Of a stretch of DNA of 22,057 nt, positions 1 through 11,718 are shown one piece after another (positions within the stretch are counted from its first letter, which is position 1; each line of letters starts with the position of its first letter). The stretch is from Ginkgo biloba (Eukaryota > Plantae > Ginkgophyta). The position numbers and the translations under genes are program-made. Under the pieces are notes generated by a model. It saw only the letters and a list, made by a program, of their open reading frames with translations. It ran no database searches and was not told the DNA's origin. Where the stretch lies: positions 235,549,926 to 235,571,982 of the forward strand of contig JANKJI020000002.1 in NCBI GenBank assembly GCA_024626585.2. Direction: 5' to 3'.

Positions 1-1987
1 ATGGGCAGTTATCTTATAGATGTCATTTATGTCATTCAATAAACCCATGAATCCAAGTATAACATCAAATGTTGATCCCACTTATTCAGTACCATCATTC
101 GATGCAAGAAGTTTATAGTGCCTTTTTAGTACTTTTGGTGAGGTCATTTCCTTGAGGGTGATAAGAGGAAGATAATACATGCTTCATCCCTAATTAACAT
201 TTTAATTCTTAGATTACATAATTTCAAAGATGCATTCCTAATTAGTGTGTTTCTCTACATATTTATTTTGCTTCTCACTTGTTTAGATAATACTTCTAAC
301 AAAGTTAAAGTTAATAAATATCATCCAATATAGTTATACAAAATGGAATGATCCATTACAAATAATAATTCCTTGTTAATAAATGCTAATTTATATAAAC
401 AAGTAGGCTTATGTAATATAGGGTTATTCACTATCAATTTGAGAAAACCTCATCCATTTAGTGGCCTTTATTTTCCTTGATTACAATCAAAATTAAATTC
501 CTATATTATTGGAATCCATTTGGCCACTTTACCCTAAATCCATACTTTGTTTAATTATGATGACAAAATATTAAAATTTAAAAAAACTTTTAAAATGATT
601 TAATAAGAAGTAACCTTGCATTTTCCCATTGACAAAAAATAATGTGAGCACTTCCCTTTATACCACTAAATATCTAGTCTCTATATTAGCGTATTTCATA
701 CCTAATATAGTAAAGAGTTGATATCTATAAAATATTCAATAGAGAAGAAATAATAGTATAGATAGAGATCATATATCAATAATAACCAAATTTTCCTAAT
801 ATGTATCCAAATCCTATGACATCCTTAAGAATTGACAATGATATAATGACATTAATCACCTTTATGATTGGTGTCATCCTCTCGAGAGAAATGATTTAGC
901 TAAGCAATTTGGCATTTATAGTATAAAATATACATTTTAAGGGATGAATACAAATGAAAAGGGTATAATAACAATGAAATTTGTATTAAATTTCCATGAG
1001 ATAACTCGATAAATGGATATGATTGAAACATCTTGATAAACCCAAATCTATAAAAAAGATAAAAAAAATACCATAGTGTTAACATGCATACATAAACTCT
1101 ACCATTAACTAAAAAGACAATGGAAAACTCAGTCAATTTAATACCCCTAAAGTGAGAACTTTTATAAAATATCCAAATTCATCTATTTTTCTTAACATGA
1201 TTTTCATTTTCAAAAGTAGAGTAGTTTTCAACTTCCACAATGTAACCAACCTCTAGTTCTCACTACTTACAACATCCATAAACATATAAACTAGGTAAGA
1301 AGGAGAGTTTTCTTCTAAATTTGTGTAAATTATAGAAGGTCATTAGTGTTCAAAATTATTTAAAATCCACACAAACTAGCCTCTAGGCTCATGTTTCAAC
1401 ATTCTCATAGCTTTATACAAAGTAGATTCTACAAATTTATAATGTTTATAAGATTATTCCCTTATTTGGTGATCTTTGACTCCAAACCATACAAGTCGTC
1501 ATCTTACCATCATACCTTTACTTCATTTACTAGGGGAAATTTTTTTTCCTCATGAAGAAAAAATGATAAAATGGTTCAAGAATGAGGATCTTAGAAGAAT
1601 CATAGAGAGCACCTATCTAATTAACTATTCAACATTAGTAAAGGAGGTGATCTTCGTAGTGTCACATAATAATATTAAACAAATGAATAACACAATATCC
1701 ATTACCAATAATCTGATATAATATTCTTGGATATATTTTTATGTAAAATAATCTATTAATGGTCTATTTTTCACTCAACATAAACTTTTGGGTTTGATGG
1801 ATTCAGATCATGATATAAGGTAAAGAGAAATTAAGGAAATCTATTTTTTCTATATGCTAATGGAGTGAAACTTTTAGTAAATTTTATAAATATGTATTAT
1901 TCATGATTTTAGAGATATATAAATTCATAGATATCCTCACATGTTCTCATTACACTCACATTTTATAAAAGATAACAAATCATTATT
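1..1987 (-). mobile_element. Highly degenerate Ty3/Gypsy pol (RT - RNase H - integrase remnant), copy 1
   Basis: Minus-strand frames give, in Gypsy order: RLVCVDFK (~1380-1360; cf. RxCVDxR), VYMFMDVVSSEN*...KLKTT (cf. SFxDxFSGYNQI...KTxF), HPLKCIF...KLLS*IIS (cf. PxKCxF...LLGHIIS), ILGKFGYY* (~800-775; cf. LGxxGYYRRFI), RNase H ETRYLVV*REVLTL (~685-640) and GKVAKWIPII*EFNF (~535-490), and integrase core GMKHVLSSSYHPQGN (~192-145). Many stops and frameshifts. Confidence 0.85.
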
Positions 1988-2087
1988 NNNNNNNNNNNNN
2001 NNNNNNNNNNNNNNNNNNNNNNNNNNNNNNNNNNNNNNNNNNNNNNNNNNNNNNNNNNNNNNNNNNNNNNNNNNNNNNNNNNNNNNN

Positions 2088-3862
2088 TTCTTATATTGCA
2101 TCATTCCAAATTTGCATTCCTAATTGGTGTGTTACTTTATAAATTTATTTTTCTTCTCTCTTATTTGGATAATACTTCTAAGAAAGTTTGAGTTAATAAA
2201 TATCATCTAATATAGTTATACCAAATGGCATGATCCATTACCAATAATAACACCTCATTAAGAAATATTACTTTCTCTACACAAGTAGGCTTGTACAAGA
2301 AAGCCTCATTCATNNNNNNNNNNCTAATTTCCTTGATGATAATCAAAATCAAATTCCTATAATATTTAAATCCATTTGTCCACTTTACCCTAAATCCATA
2401 CTTGATTTAATTGTGATCATAAAATATTAACATTTTAAAAACCATTTAAAATGATTTAATAACAAGTAACCTTGAATTTTCCCAATGATAAAAACTAATG
2501 TGAGCACTTCCCTTTATACCACTAAATGTCTAGTCTTTGGATCTATATACTTCATACCCAATATAGTAAAGAGGTTGGTATCAATAAATTATTAAATAGA
2601 GAAGAAATAATAGTATAGATAGAAATGAAGCATCAATAATAACCAAAATTTCCCAATATAGATATGACTCCTATGACATCGTTAAGAATTGACAATGATA
2701 TAATGGCCTTAATCACCTCTACGATTGGTCTCATCCTCTCAAGAAAAATGATCTATATAAGAAATTTGAACTTTATAATATAAAATATACATTTAGGGCA
2801 ATGAAAATAAATTTAAAAGGTACAATAACACTCAAAATAGTATAAAGATCTATGAGAAAACTTGATAAATGGATATGATNNNNNNNNNNNNNNNNNNNNN
2901 NNNNCTTGATAAACCCAAATCTATGGAAAATATTAAAAAACTACCATAACATTAAAACACACACACACTTACATTAATTTAAAATACATGGGATAACTTT
3001 ATTAATTTAATACACCTAAAGAGATAAATTTCATAGAATATCCAAATTCATCTATTCTTCTTAGCATGATTTGAATTTTCAAGAGTAGAGTAGTTTTCAA
3101 CTTCCATAATGTAACCAATCTTTAGTTCTTACTACTTATAGCATCCACAAACATCTAAACTAGGTAAGGAGGANNNNNNNNNNNNNNNNNNNNNNGTGTG
3201 AATCATAGAACATTAGTGGTGTTAATAATTATTTCAAAGCCATAACAACTAGCCTCTAGGATCATATTTCAACATCCTCATAGCTTTCTACAAAGTAAAT
3301 TCCAAAATTTTATAATGTAAAAAAACCCGTTCCCTAATTTGGTGATCTTTAACTTTGAACCCTACAAGTGGCCATCTTACCATAAGTCATTTACTTTATT
3401 TAGTAGGGAAAATTTTCTTCCTCATGAAGAAAAAATACTAAAATGATTCAAGAATGAGGATCTTTGAAGAATCATATAGATCCCCTATCTAATTAGTTAT
3501 CCAACATTAGTAAAGGAGGTGATCTTCATAGTGTGACATAATAACATCAAACTAATGAATAACATAGTATCCATTACCATTAAGATTATATAAGTTATAT
3601 TCTTATATATAGTTGGATGTAAAACAAGATGTTAGTGGTGTATATTTTACTCAACATAAAATTTTGGGTTTGATGGATTCAAATCATGATATAAGGTCAA
3701 GAGAAATTAAGGAAATCCATTTTTTCTATATGCTAAAGGAGTGAAACTTATAGTAAAGTTTCTAAAGGTGTATTCTTCATGCTTTTAGAGATATATAAAT
3801 TCATAAATATCCTCACATGTTGTCATTACACTCACATTTTATAAGATAAAAAAAATCATTAT
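2088..3862 (-). mobile_element. Degenerate Ty3/Gypsy pol, copy 2 (diverged direct copy of ~206-1987)
   Basis: Colinear with 206-1987 at an offset of ~1.88 kb. For example aatgtgagcacttccctttataccactaaat occurs at ~641 and ~2497. Carries the same motifs: LGNFGYY*CFIS, QPLYYIG, VMDHAIWY..YLLTQTF.E.LSK*ERRKI. Confidence 0.85.
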
Positions 3863-3949
3863 TGATATAAGATTAACACAATTAAATATATTTTGTAAAA
3901 TAAAATTTTATTACCTAAGAGGGGCCCCACTTGATTTTTTTTGAACCTC

Positions 3950-5648
3950 CTATATTAAAGGAAAGGAGAAATATCGAAGTACTTTCTCAACAGCTTTATA
4001 TAGCTTAGTGGAACCTTTCTTGGATACCATAGCTCTTCTTTAGATAATTATATCTTCTTCCAGTCACTTTTGTTCCTTTGTAATCAACTCTTTTAGAGGG
4101 GTATCAAAACCTTATCTTCATCTTCCTCTCCATCCAACATGGAGGGTTCAAAGAGCTTCAAGATATCAACATTAAAAATTGAGTGGATTCCCATCTACAG
4201 TGGCAAATCTAGCTTAAAGGCATTCGATCCCACTTTCTCTATGATGGCAAATGGGCCCTATCGAATAGGCTTNNNNNNNNNNNNGTAGCTACACTTTGTC
4301 TCTCACTTGAAATTGGTGATCTGACCGATGCTTATCATATTGCACTTTGTACTTTTGTTGACTCTTTAGTAGAGTCTATTGGTGCCTTTGCACATGTTTA
4401 ATATGTTCAACAAATCTCAATGCCTGTTGTTGAACTTCTCTTTCCTTGATTGATAAAGATTATGTTACAAGGCTTCTTATAGATATAGGATCTTTGGGTA
4501 GGAAACCCAAATAAGTCTCGAAAGGCAATACCTGTGTAGAGTATGAACAACTTTATTGTAGCTATGTTGGATATATGGAATACTTTCATCCCATATCTTA
4601 GGATGCTTATGATTGCACATCTTTAAGAGTTGTACCATTGTTTTGGTGACAACTTTAGACTCGCCATCAATCTGTGGATGGAAAGTTGTACTTCATTTTA
4701 ATCTTGTATCCATAAGTACCCAGAGGGCTTTCTAGAAATGGCTAAGGCATTTGTTATCTCTATTTGAGATGATGGATGTGGGCAATCCAAAATATACCCA
4801 CACATGCTCGAAGAATAGTTTGGATACTTGTTGTCTTGTGACAGTCTTCTTGCAAGGAATTAGGATAGCCATTTTGTTGAACCTGTCCACTACTACAAAT
4901 AAGTAGTCATGTCCTCTTTGGGTTGTTGGTAACCCACCAAGAAAATCCATGGAAATAGATTTCCATGGTTTATTCAGTACAGGTAGAGGCATGTACTTTC
5001 CAAGCTTTTGATTTCTTGGCTTAGAAATGCAGCATGTTGCACATGCCTTTATAAATTTAGAAGCATGTTTAGCCAAAGTCTTTTGCACTCCAAAGTGCCT
5101 TGCTACCTTAGAATGGTGAGCTTCATAGAGTCGAATTCTATTCCCCCCCTTGTGACACACAAATTGTAGTTTACTTATATAAGATTCCATCTTGAAGATG
5201 GTAATTTTTGAGTTTCTCATCTTGCAACATCATTGGTTGTTGCATAGCAGAGTATATCTCTACGAATTCTTTGTCATCCTTATAGAGCTCTTTGAATTCT
5301 TCGAATTCGAATTGGTCACTTCTAACAAAAGAGCTTAAAGAAGAAATCGGGGTCTCGAGAGGAAATCAACAATTCGATTACTTGTACCCTTCTTGTAACT
5401 AATGATAATATTGAATTGTTGTAAATAAGTCACCCGTTTGAGGTGCCTAGTATTTTGTTGCTTAGACTGAGTCTCCAAATACTAAAGGGGATTATGGTCA
5501 GAATGTAAAATGGTCTCCTTGCCACGAAGGTAGTGCCTGCAATGTTTCACTACTTGCACCAATGCATACATCTCTGTCATAGGTGGATTACCCTTGCATT
5601 GCTCTGGAGAAAGTTTCTAAATGATAGGCAACTGGCTTGTCTCTCTTG
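3950..5648 (-). mobile_element. Ty3/Gypsy (chromovirus-like) pol 3' half: RNase H, HHCC/DDE integrase, GPY/F domain; pseudogenised
   Basis: RNase H DKPVAYHLETFS...YALVQVVKHCRHYLRGKETILHSDHNPL...LQQFNIIISYKKGTSNRIVDFLSRP (5645-5350). ORF 4732-5220 has H..VARHFG...CATC and PWKSISMDFLGGLP...VVVDRF...FGLPTSIIS, followed by STTFHPQIDG. GPY/F motif KPIR*GPFAIIEKVGSNAFKLDLP..GIHSIFNV at 4272-4165. Confidence 0.95.
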
Positions 5649-5842
5649 TGTTGAATTTTGGACAACTAAAATTGCACCATGCTTTTTTTCTATTGGGTCC
5701 TCAGTGGATCTCAACATCAACAAGACAGACAGTCGAGAGGCATTCACAAGCCTCTTAGCTTGCATTGCACTAATAAGAGAAACTAGCCCTAGATTTCCCT
5801 TAGCCTATCCTCCTTTGACCACTAAACACTAATATTCTAACA
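5649..5842 (-). repeat. 3' LTR of Ty1/Copia element (194 bp, TGTTAG...TTCAACA on minus strand)
   Basis: Begins with TG immediately after a polypurine tract and ends in CA with TGTT/AACA terminal inverted repeats. The Gypsy RNase H frame resumes directly beyond 5649. Confidence 0.75.
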
Positions 5843-5853
5843 CTCCCCCTTAA
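5843..5853 (-). promoter_or_regulatory. Copia polypurine tract (TTAAGGGGGAG)
   Basis: Plus-strand ctcccccttaa lies between the end of Copia RNase H and the LTR TG. Confidence 0.85.
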
Positions 5854-5869
5854 TGTTTACTTCATTGAT

Positions 5870-6421
5870 TGTTACACCAAGTCCTCTAAATATCTCAAAC
5901 TTCTCTCATCCAAGAGGTTTGGTGAAGATATTAGCTAACTGATCGTCTGTAGGATTGTAAATGAGATCAATCTCTCCATTCTGGACATGATCCCTAATAA
6001 AGTGATGACGCGCCTCAATATGTTTGGTGCGTGTATGAAATGTTGTATTTTTGGTTATCTTCAACACACTATGATTATCACAATATTGTGGTTGGTTTGA
6101 CTTGATGAATTCCAAGGTCGCCAAGAATTTGCCTTAACTAGATGGCTTCACATGTTGCTCCAACTACAACTTTGTACTCTGCTTTAGTAGATGAAAGAGC
6201 AATATACGATTGGTTCTTACTGCTCCTAGATACTGCACTTGAACCAAGGTTGAAGTAATATCCTAAAGTGGGCCTTCTGTTGTCATTGCATCCAGCGTAA
6301 TCTAAATCTGAAAACACAACTAGTTTGAAGTCATCGTTCTGGACAAACTCAAGATTATAATACAACGTACCTTGCAAGTATCTTAGGATATGCTTTGCAA
6401 CTATCAATTGACTATGTTTGG
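5870..6421 (-). mobile_element. Ty1/Copia RT C-terminus and RNase H, pseudogenised
   Basis: ORFs 6138-6407 and 5906-6124: AKHILRYLQGT, FSDLDYAG...RR.T.GY.F.LGS.AVS.SSK.Q..IALSST.AEY, YCDN.S....N..FH.RTKHIE.RHHFIRD, DQLA.IFTKPL. These are canonical Copia motifs. Confidence 0.96.
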
Positions 6422-6699
6422 NNNNNNNNNNNNNNNNNNNNNNNNNNNNNNNNNNNNNNNNNNNNNNNNNNNNNNNNNNNNNNNNNNNNNNNNNNNNNNN
6501 NNNNNNNNNNNNNNNNNNNNNTTTTATCTATGGATTTTAAATTTGTTATAATCTTCATTCTTTTCCTAATTATAGGTATTACCTCCTAATAGGTGATCAA
6601 TGATAAATTAATGGTGAATGAAACCCAAGAAGCCACTTAGCCTCTTTTGTAAGTAACAAGAAGTAACCTAAATAAAAATTTTACTTAATATTTTGCCTA

Positions 6700-7300
6700 A
6701 CTATTGCATAGTATGTTCGATAACTCTTCTTCTTCTCTCCATATTAAAACTTATAATCCCCACATTGCTCATTTGTTGAATTTTCATTATATGATTTCTT
6801 ACACTTCTCATATAAGCATTGGTCCACCTACCGTCCTCTTAGTTATCAAACTCTATAAAATTTTTACATGTCCATAAGTGAACTTGTTGATTTATAAATG
6901 GTAGAGTCATTAGCATGTGCCGCTATAATTAATTCAATCATCAATCAATTATTTCTTGAAATCTAGAAGTTTTCTATCGTTCATGGCCCATCTATTAAGT
7001 TTCCATTAGTTGGATTCCCACACTTCTTATGTAAGAATTATCCCACTTGTCATCCTCTTAATGAGTGGCTTTGTAAACTTGTTATATAAACCCTATTTCA
7101 TCTATCAAGTTATGAATGGAGGAGAAATTATCATATAGTAGTTGGTCCAGTTGTTAAACAACCATTTGTTAGAATATAAAACATGTCATCCCATCATTGG
7201 ACTATCTATTGAGTTGTCATTGGATGGATTCCTACACTTTTCATGTAAATATTAGTCTATTTATCATTATATTATTAGTATATTTTTCTACTAGTATAGT
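6700..7300 (-). repeat. Three diverged tandem units (~215 bp) of an unidentified coding-like repeat
   Basis: Minus-strand translations DK*TNIYMKSVGIHPM (W-position 7257-7259), EDDKWDNSYIRSVGIQLMET (7043-7045) and EDGRWTNAYMRSVRNHIMKIQQ (6824-6826). Spacing is 214 and 219 bp. Confidence 0.7.
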
Positions 7301-7949
7301 TGTTAAACTATNNNNNNNNNNNNNNNNNNNNNNNNNNNNNNNNNNNNNNNNNNNNNNNNNNNNNNNNNNNNNNNNNNNNNNNCAATTTTTCCAAGTTGTC
7401 CAAATTTTATTAGATGATTATATTCTTGGACATAGAACTATAATAATTACTACCCTAACTAAAATTTGATTGTATTTTACAATGGACCTATTGTTGGAAT
7501 GTGCAAAGGAAATGAAAGGTCCGTTATAAAATACAATCAAATTTTATGTCCATTTTAGGTCAACATTCTGAAATGGTGATGCATTCTCCTATCTCTCACT
7601 ATTGTCCACAGGAACACAGGTACACAAATAGTGTCATGTAGTCTTTTTGGGATATTATNNNNNNNNNNNNNNNNNNNNNNNNNNNNNNNNNNNNNNNNNN
7701 NNNNNNNNNNNNNNNNNNNNNNNNNNNNNNNNNNNNNNNNNNNNNNNNNNNNNNNNNNATGTAAATCTTATTTTTATTTGTCTTAACCATTTATAATTGC
7801 AATATAGATCTCATGAGACATTATATAAGCATATGTTTATACTAAGGGGACTATTGGGGAAGGTTTTTAAACCCCAATTCAATGATATAGATGTTGTAAT
7901 AGAGGATAATGATGCCTTTTATGACATAGTTTAAATGAATGTTTGATAT

Positions 7950-8520
7950 TTACACCAAAACCTTTCAAGAATATGTTTAGAAAATATTAATTTCTAGAAT
8001 CTAGAATAATGGAATAAAAGGCCGAAAAAACCATGAAGGAAATATTAATAGAAAATGGATATATCAGCCAATTATTTTCCTACTAATAATAGAATTTGAT
8101 TTTGAGGGAGAGAATACATGAAATTAAACTAGTTGTCCTCTATCAAATTTAGCCCAATGGTTGTAAATTATTATCTAATAGTAGCAGGGAAGCTAATACA
8201 TTTTCCTAATGATATTACAAATTTGGGCTAATAGCAACATGACAAGTATGAATATTTCTAGGTCTACATATTTATTCTTGGAAACTATTATGGATTTCCA
8301 CTAATGGGATAAAGAAAGTTGTGATAATGTACCATTAACAACATGTCATGTGGTGGATTCTAGTANNNNNNNNNNNNNNNNNNNNNNNNNNNNNNNNNNN
8401 NNNTGCAAAAGGTATTATCAAATGATGACATTGTGACTGCTCATTGACAACAAAGATAAGAATTACAACTAATGGATGAATCAAAATCATTTGTGCTTAA
8501 AACCAATGTCAACACAACAA
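7950..8520 (+). mobile_element. Possible very degenerate LINE (L1-like) reverse transcriptase fragment
   Basis: Mixed-frame remnants in LINE order: CPLS..GCKLLS..VAGKL (cf. RPIxLLN..YKxxxKxxAxRL), WDKES...VVDSS (cf. WAxxSxQ...xDFxKA), IIK*....IRITTNG.ESKSFVLK (cf. IxW...I.xNG..S..F.L.R). Weak. Confidence 0.35.
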
Positions 8521-9499
8521 GTTATTAGGATGCATTAAATTGTTAAGTTACAATTATTCAAATGTAATTGATTAGAGAGTGAAAAGTATTTGATATAGGT
8601 AATGACAAGTGGACATAAAAAATAATCTAAAATTTCACATGTTTTCAATTTTGGTGGATAGAAAAATAATAAACATGTTTAGTTTGAAATAATGAAAGTT
8701 TCTAAACTTGCACCAAAAATAACATTACAATAATGTTTGATTCCATAAGCTAATAAAGAAATAACAAGTGTTTATGTGGTTCCTAGTTGTAAGAAAATAA
8801 CTTTGTCCAGTGAGAGGTCAAAAAATGTAGAATAATCCCTATTAGAAACATAAAAACCATATAAAAGGTAACAAAATGCATGGTGAAAATAGCATTGGTA
8901 GACTAATATAAATAGCGAGGCATTGTAATCAAATTATAGAAGGTAAAAGAGATATCTTAAATAGTCTTCTTATGCCAGGAATNNNNNNNNNNNNNNNNNN
9001 NNNNNNNNNNNNNNNNNNNNNNNNNNNNNNNNNNNNNNNNNNNNNNNNNNNNNNNNNNNNNNNNNNNNNNNNNNNNNNNNNNATATTAGTCTAAAGAGTA
9101 ATAACTACATGAAATTTATGTTACAAGATGTAATAAAGTGTATCCCTTAAGAAACAATATTGCAATCTACATATGGCATGTGTTTAGTATGTAATCTAAT
9201 GTTTAAATGAAAACTAAATAAATTAAACTACTAACACAAGCCAATAACTATATGATAACTCTACAATTTTATAATGTTTTAGATATATTGTATAATGACA
9301 AATACCTACCTTTAGTTCCTAGTGAAAGAATGACAAGAACTTAAGTTTTTACTAATGGTAAAAAGAAAATCATTNNNNNNNNNNNNNNNNNNATTGTATC
9401 TAATTAAATATTGATACCTCTCACAAGTACCAAATGGATCATTTTAGCCAATTATAGCATAAAAAGTGAAAGATATGAACAATTAGTAGGTGCACCAAT

Positions 9500-10191
9500 G
9501 GTTGTAATACAAATTTAGAAATTATGAACATTGGTATCATAGTAGTGAACTAATGTCTATATGAAAAGCATATGATCTAACCATTGGAATCTTGAAAGGA
9601 GATAAAATAATAGGATAATAACTTTCATCCTAAGCCCATGGGATCATGCTATATTTTTAAATCAACAATTGATGTATGTCCATAATTTCACATAGTAATA
9701 ATTAGGCCTATAACCAAGATAACTATGCTAATTGTGGTAACAATAACATGATAGATTATGTCAAAAGTGGCCAATGGTTCAGAAGTTACACAATGATATA
9801 TGAAAATACATAAACTTAAACCCCTAATCAATCAAATTATCATGCTCTTATCTTCAACTAGTGGTATTTTATTAGGTGGTCTACTGGTGGGATGAAAAGT
9901 TTTAAAATTCCAACAAATATTTACAACATAGTTAGGCAATCAATGCATGATATGTCAAAAGATCCTAGCATCTATAATTTGATAAGTGAAATAATTGTTG
10001 CATGACATCTTTATAGAGTCATCCATAAAGTAGGTGATAGATAGACTAATGATTGTATGATAGATGGGGAATCTAGCCAATGGAGATTTAATAATTAATC
10101 CAATGACAAGATGTTAAGTTCTAAATTTAAAAAAAAAATTACTAGACAATTGGGCCAACTATAGCTTTATAGGACAATCCCTCTAACTTGT
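9500..10191 (+). repeat. Further copies of the ~215-bp coding-like repeat, opposite strand to 6700-7300
   Basis: 10035-10190 aligns by eye to the reverse complement of ~7100-7270 (tgatagatagactaat vs tgataaatagactaat; acaattgggccaacta vs acaactggaccaacta). A second unit at ~9545 reads *TNVYMKSI. Confidence 0.65.
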
Positions 10192-10204
10192 TGTTGCCAA
10201 CACA

Positions 10205-10215
10205 CCCCCACTTTG
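10205..10215 (-). promoter_or_regulatory. Probable Gypsy polypurine tract CAAAGTGGGGG followed by TG
   Basis: Plus-strand cccccactttg reads on minus as CAAAGTGGGGG-TG-TGTTGGCAAC, a PPT type seen in Tat/Ogre-like elements. Only ~10 bp of possible LTR follow before unrelated repeat. Confidence 0.5.
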
Positions 10216-10574
10216 CTCGTAAATTTGGGACCCCTTTTTTTGAGAATTTTAAAACATTTGGGTGAGGATCCTATTCTTATTTTCATGTTATTTTGTAACC
10301 TAATTGATGATTTTAGTTGTTGGGAGTGCTTGTTTTAGCCTTTGAATATGAATGAACCCCCCCTCTTCTGGTTAATTTTCCTTCGAATGAAATCTTAGGA
10401 TCCCATAGCATTGTATGACTTCATGTTTCTTAAAGAATAGAATTTTTGACATGAACTTGATAAATCTATCTGAGAATGCCTTAGAATTTTAAAAGATAAA
10501 TATGTGTTTTATGAGGATTCATCGCATGGCACCTTTCGTTTTCTCTTGTATATATATATAAAATATATTTTTTA

Positions 10575-11400
10575 TTGTTTTTGAGTCTTTGTGCATATTA
10601 TAGGATCATGCCATATGGTAATATCCAGCATCACATGTCCCCTCATGGCAAGTTAAAAGGATTCAAAGAAACCTCAAAAGATCACGAGCCCATAATCTCT
10701 AAGATGCTGCCATGTGTTAAAATTCTAGGTGCTTGCAATGTCACAAGAGAAAAAGGTAAAGGATCAATCAGTCAAGATTGTGTGAGACCATAGTCCTCAA
10801 GATGATGCCACGTGTCATAATCCTAGGTGCCCCAGATGTATGCTAGTCCAAAAAGGAGAAGGCAACCTCAAAAGGGTTACAGGTTTAGATGATATGCGAT
10901 CACACCACGTGGATCAATCATGTATACTCACATATTCATGAGAAGGAAGGAAAAGGGGACCCTCAAAAGACGGTGGTTTTAGATCCCGAGATCAAGCCAT
11001 GTGTTTGAATCTCAGATCTTCTCAATTTCATAAGAAATGAGGTGAAGGGGACAGTTGAAAAATCTAGGCAAGCCCTAATTTTACGAGGTCAAGCCATGTG
11101 GTAGGATCTTGGGACATATTTTCATAATCATTCAAAACCTCTAGGATCACGCCACATGTCTTAATTTTGACTGATCATAGAAGTGACATAAAAGGTTATT
11201 ATCAAAATATATGAGGCCAAGATCTTTGAGATCATGCCATACGTCCCCATCTTATGTAGTCACTAGATTTGTGATACAAACATGTGAAAGGACCTCATCA
11301 TAAACCCTTCAATCCCAAATGTTGCAAGATGACACCACATGTCTCCATCCTATGTATCCCTAAGGTTGTTTAGTATAATGACAAATCTAAATCACCAATA
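10575..11400 (+). repeat. Tandem array of ~97-bp units with core AGATCATGCCACGTGTC
   Basis: Core variants at ~10603, 10702, 10800, 10897, 10989, 11086, 11144, 11229 and 11327. Confidence 0.85.
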
Positions 11401-11718
11401 TCTCATAAGACCTCAATTCTGCAATATTTTTCCTTGTGTAGGGATAATATTCAAATTAGCCAAAGCTACTCCACCTCTAAAATCATGGATTTATTACCAT
11501 TAATCTGCACAGATGATCTTGATTTGCACCATCTCTAAGAATTGCTAAAATTTGAGATAAAGGTGGAAGCAGGGTAGAAGACAAGGAATTTTGCACATTC
11601 AAAGTGTTATTGCTCCAGAGCATCCTGCAAGCATTATCATAAGTTTTGAATTCCTGCTAAACATAGAGTTGCATGTTTATGGTGTCTAGAGATCTCTTAG
11701 AGTCAAAATTTGATCCCA

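Noticed and set aside
635-680. Minus-strand KGSAHI resembling a Helitron HUH Rep motif
   Set aside because: Another frame gives Gypsy RNase H ETRY..*RE.L, in the correct order with flanking RT and integrase motifs.
900-2123. ORFs 900-1136, 1476-1721 and 1941-2123 as genes
   Set aside because: These are off-frame or antisense shadows of the decayed Gypsy pol.
8300-8440. RdRp-like G*RK...(G)DD, and DR*T at ~10036 (endogenous RNA virus idea)
   Set aside because: This needs several ad hoc frameshifts. LINE RT and the tandem WTN repeat explain these segments better.
9100-9375. YLPLVP...VFTNG resembling protein-primed DNA polymerase B
   Set aside because: No DxNSLYP, KxxxNSxYG or YxDTDS motifs were found.
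10600-11345. CRISPR-like regularly spaced short repeats
   Set aside because: The cores are degenerate, the spacers are homologous to each other, the context is a eukaryotic retroelement, and there are no cas genes.
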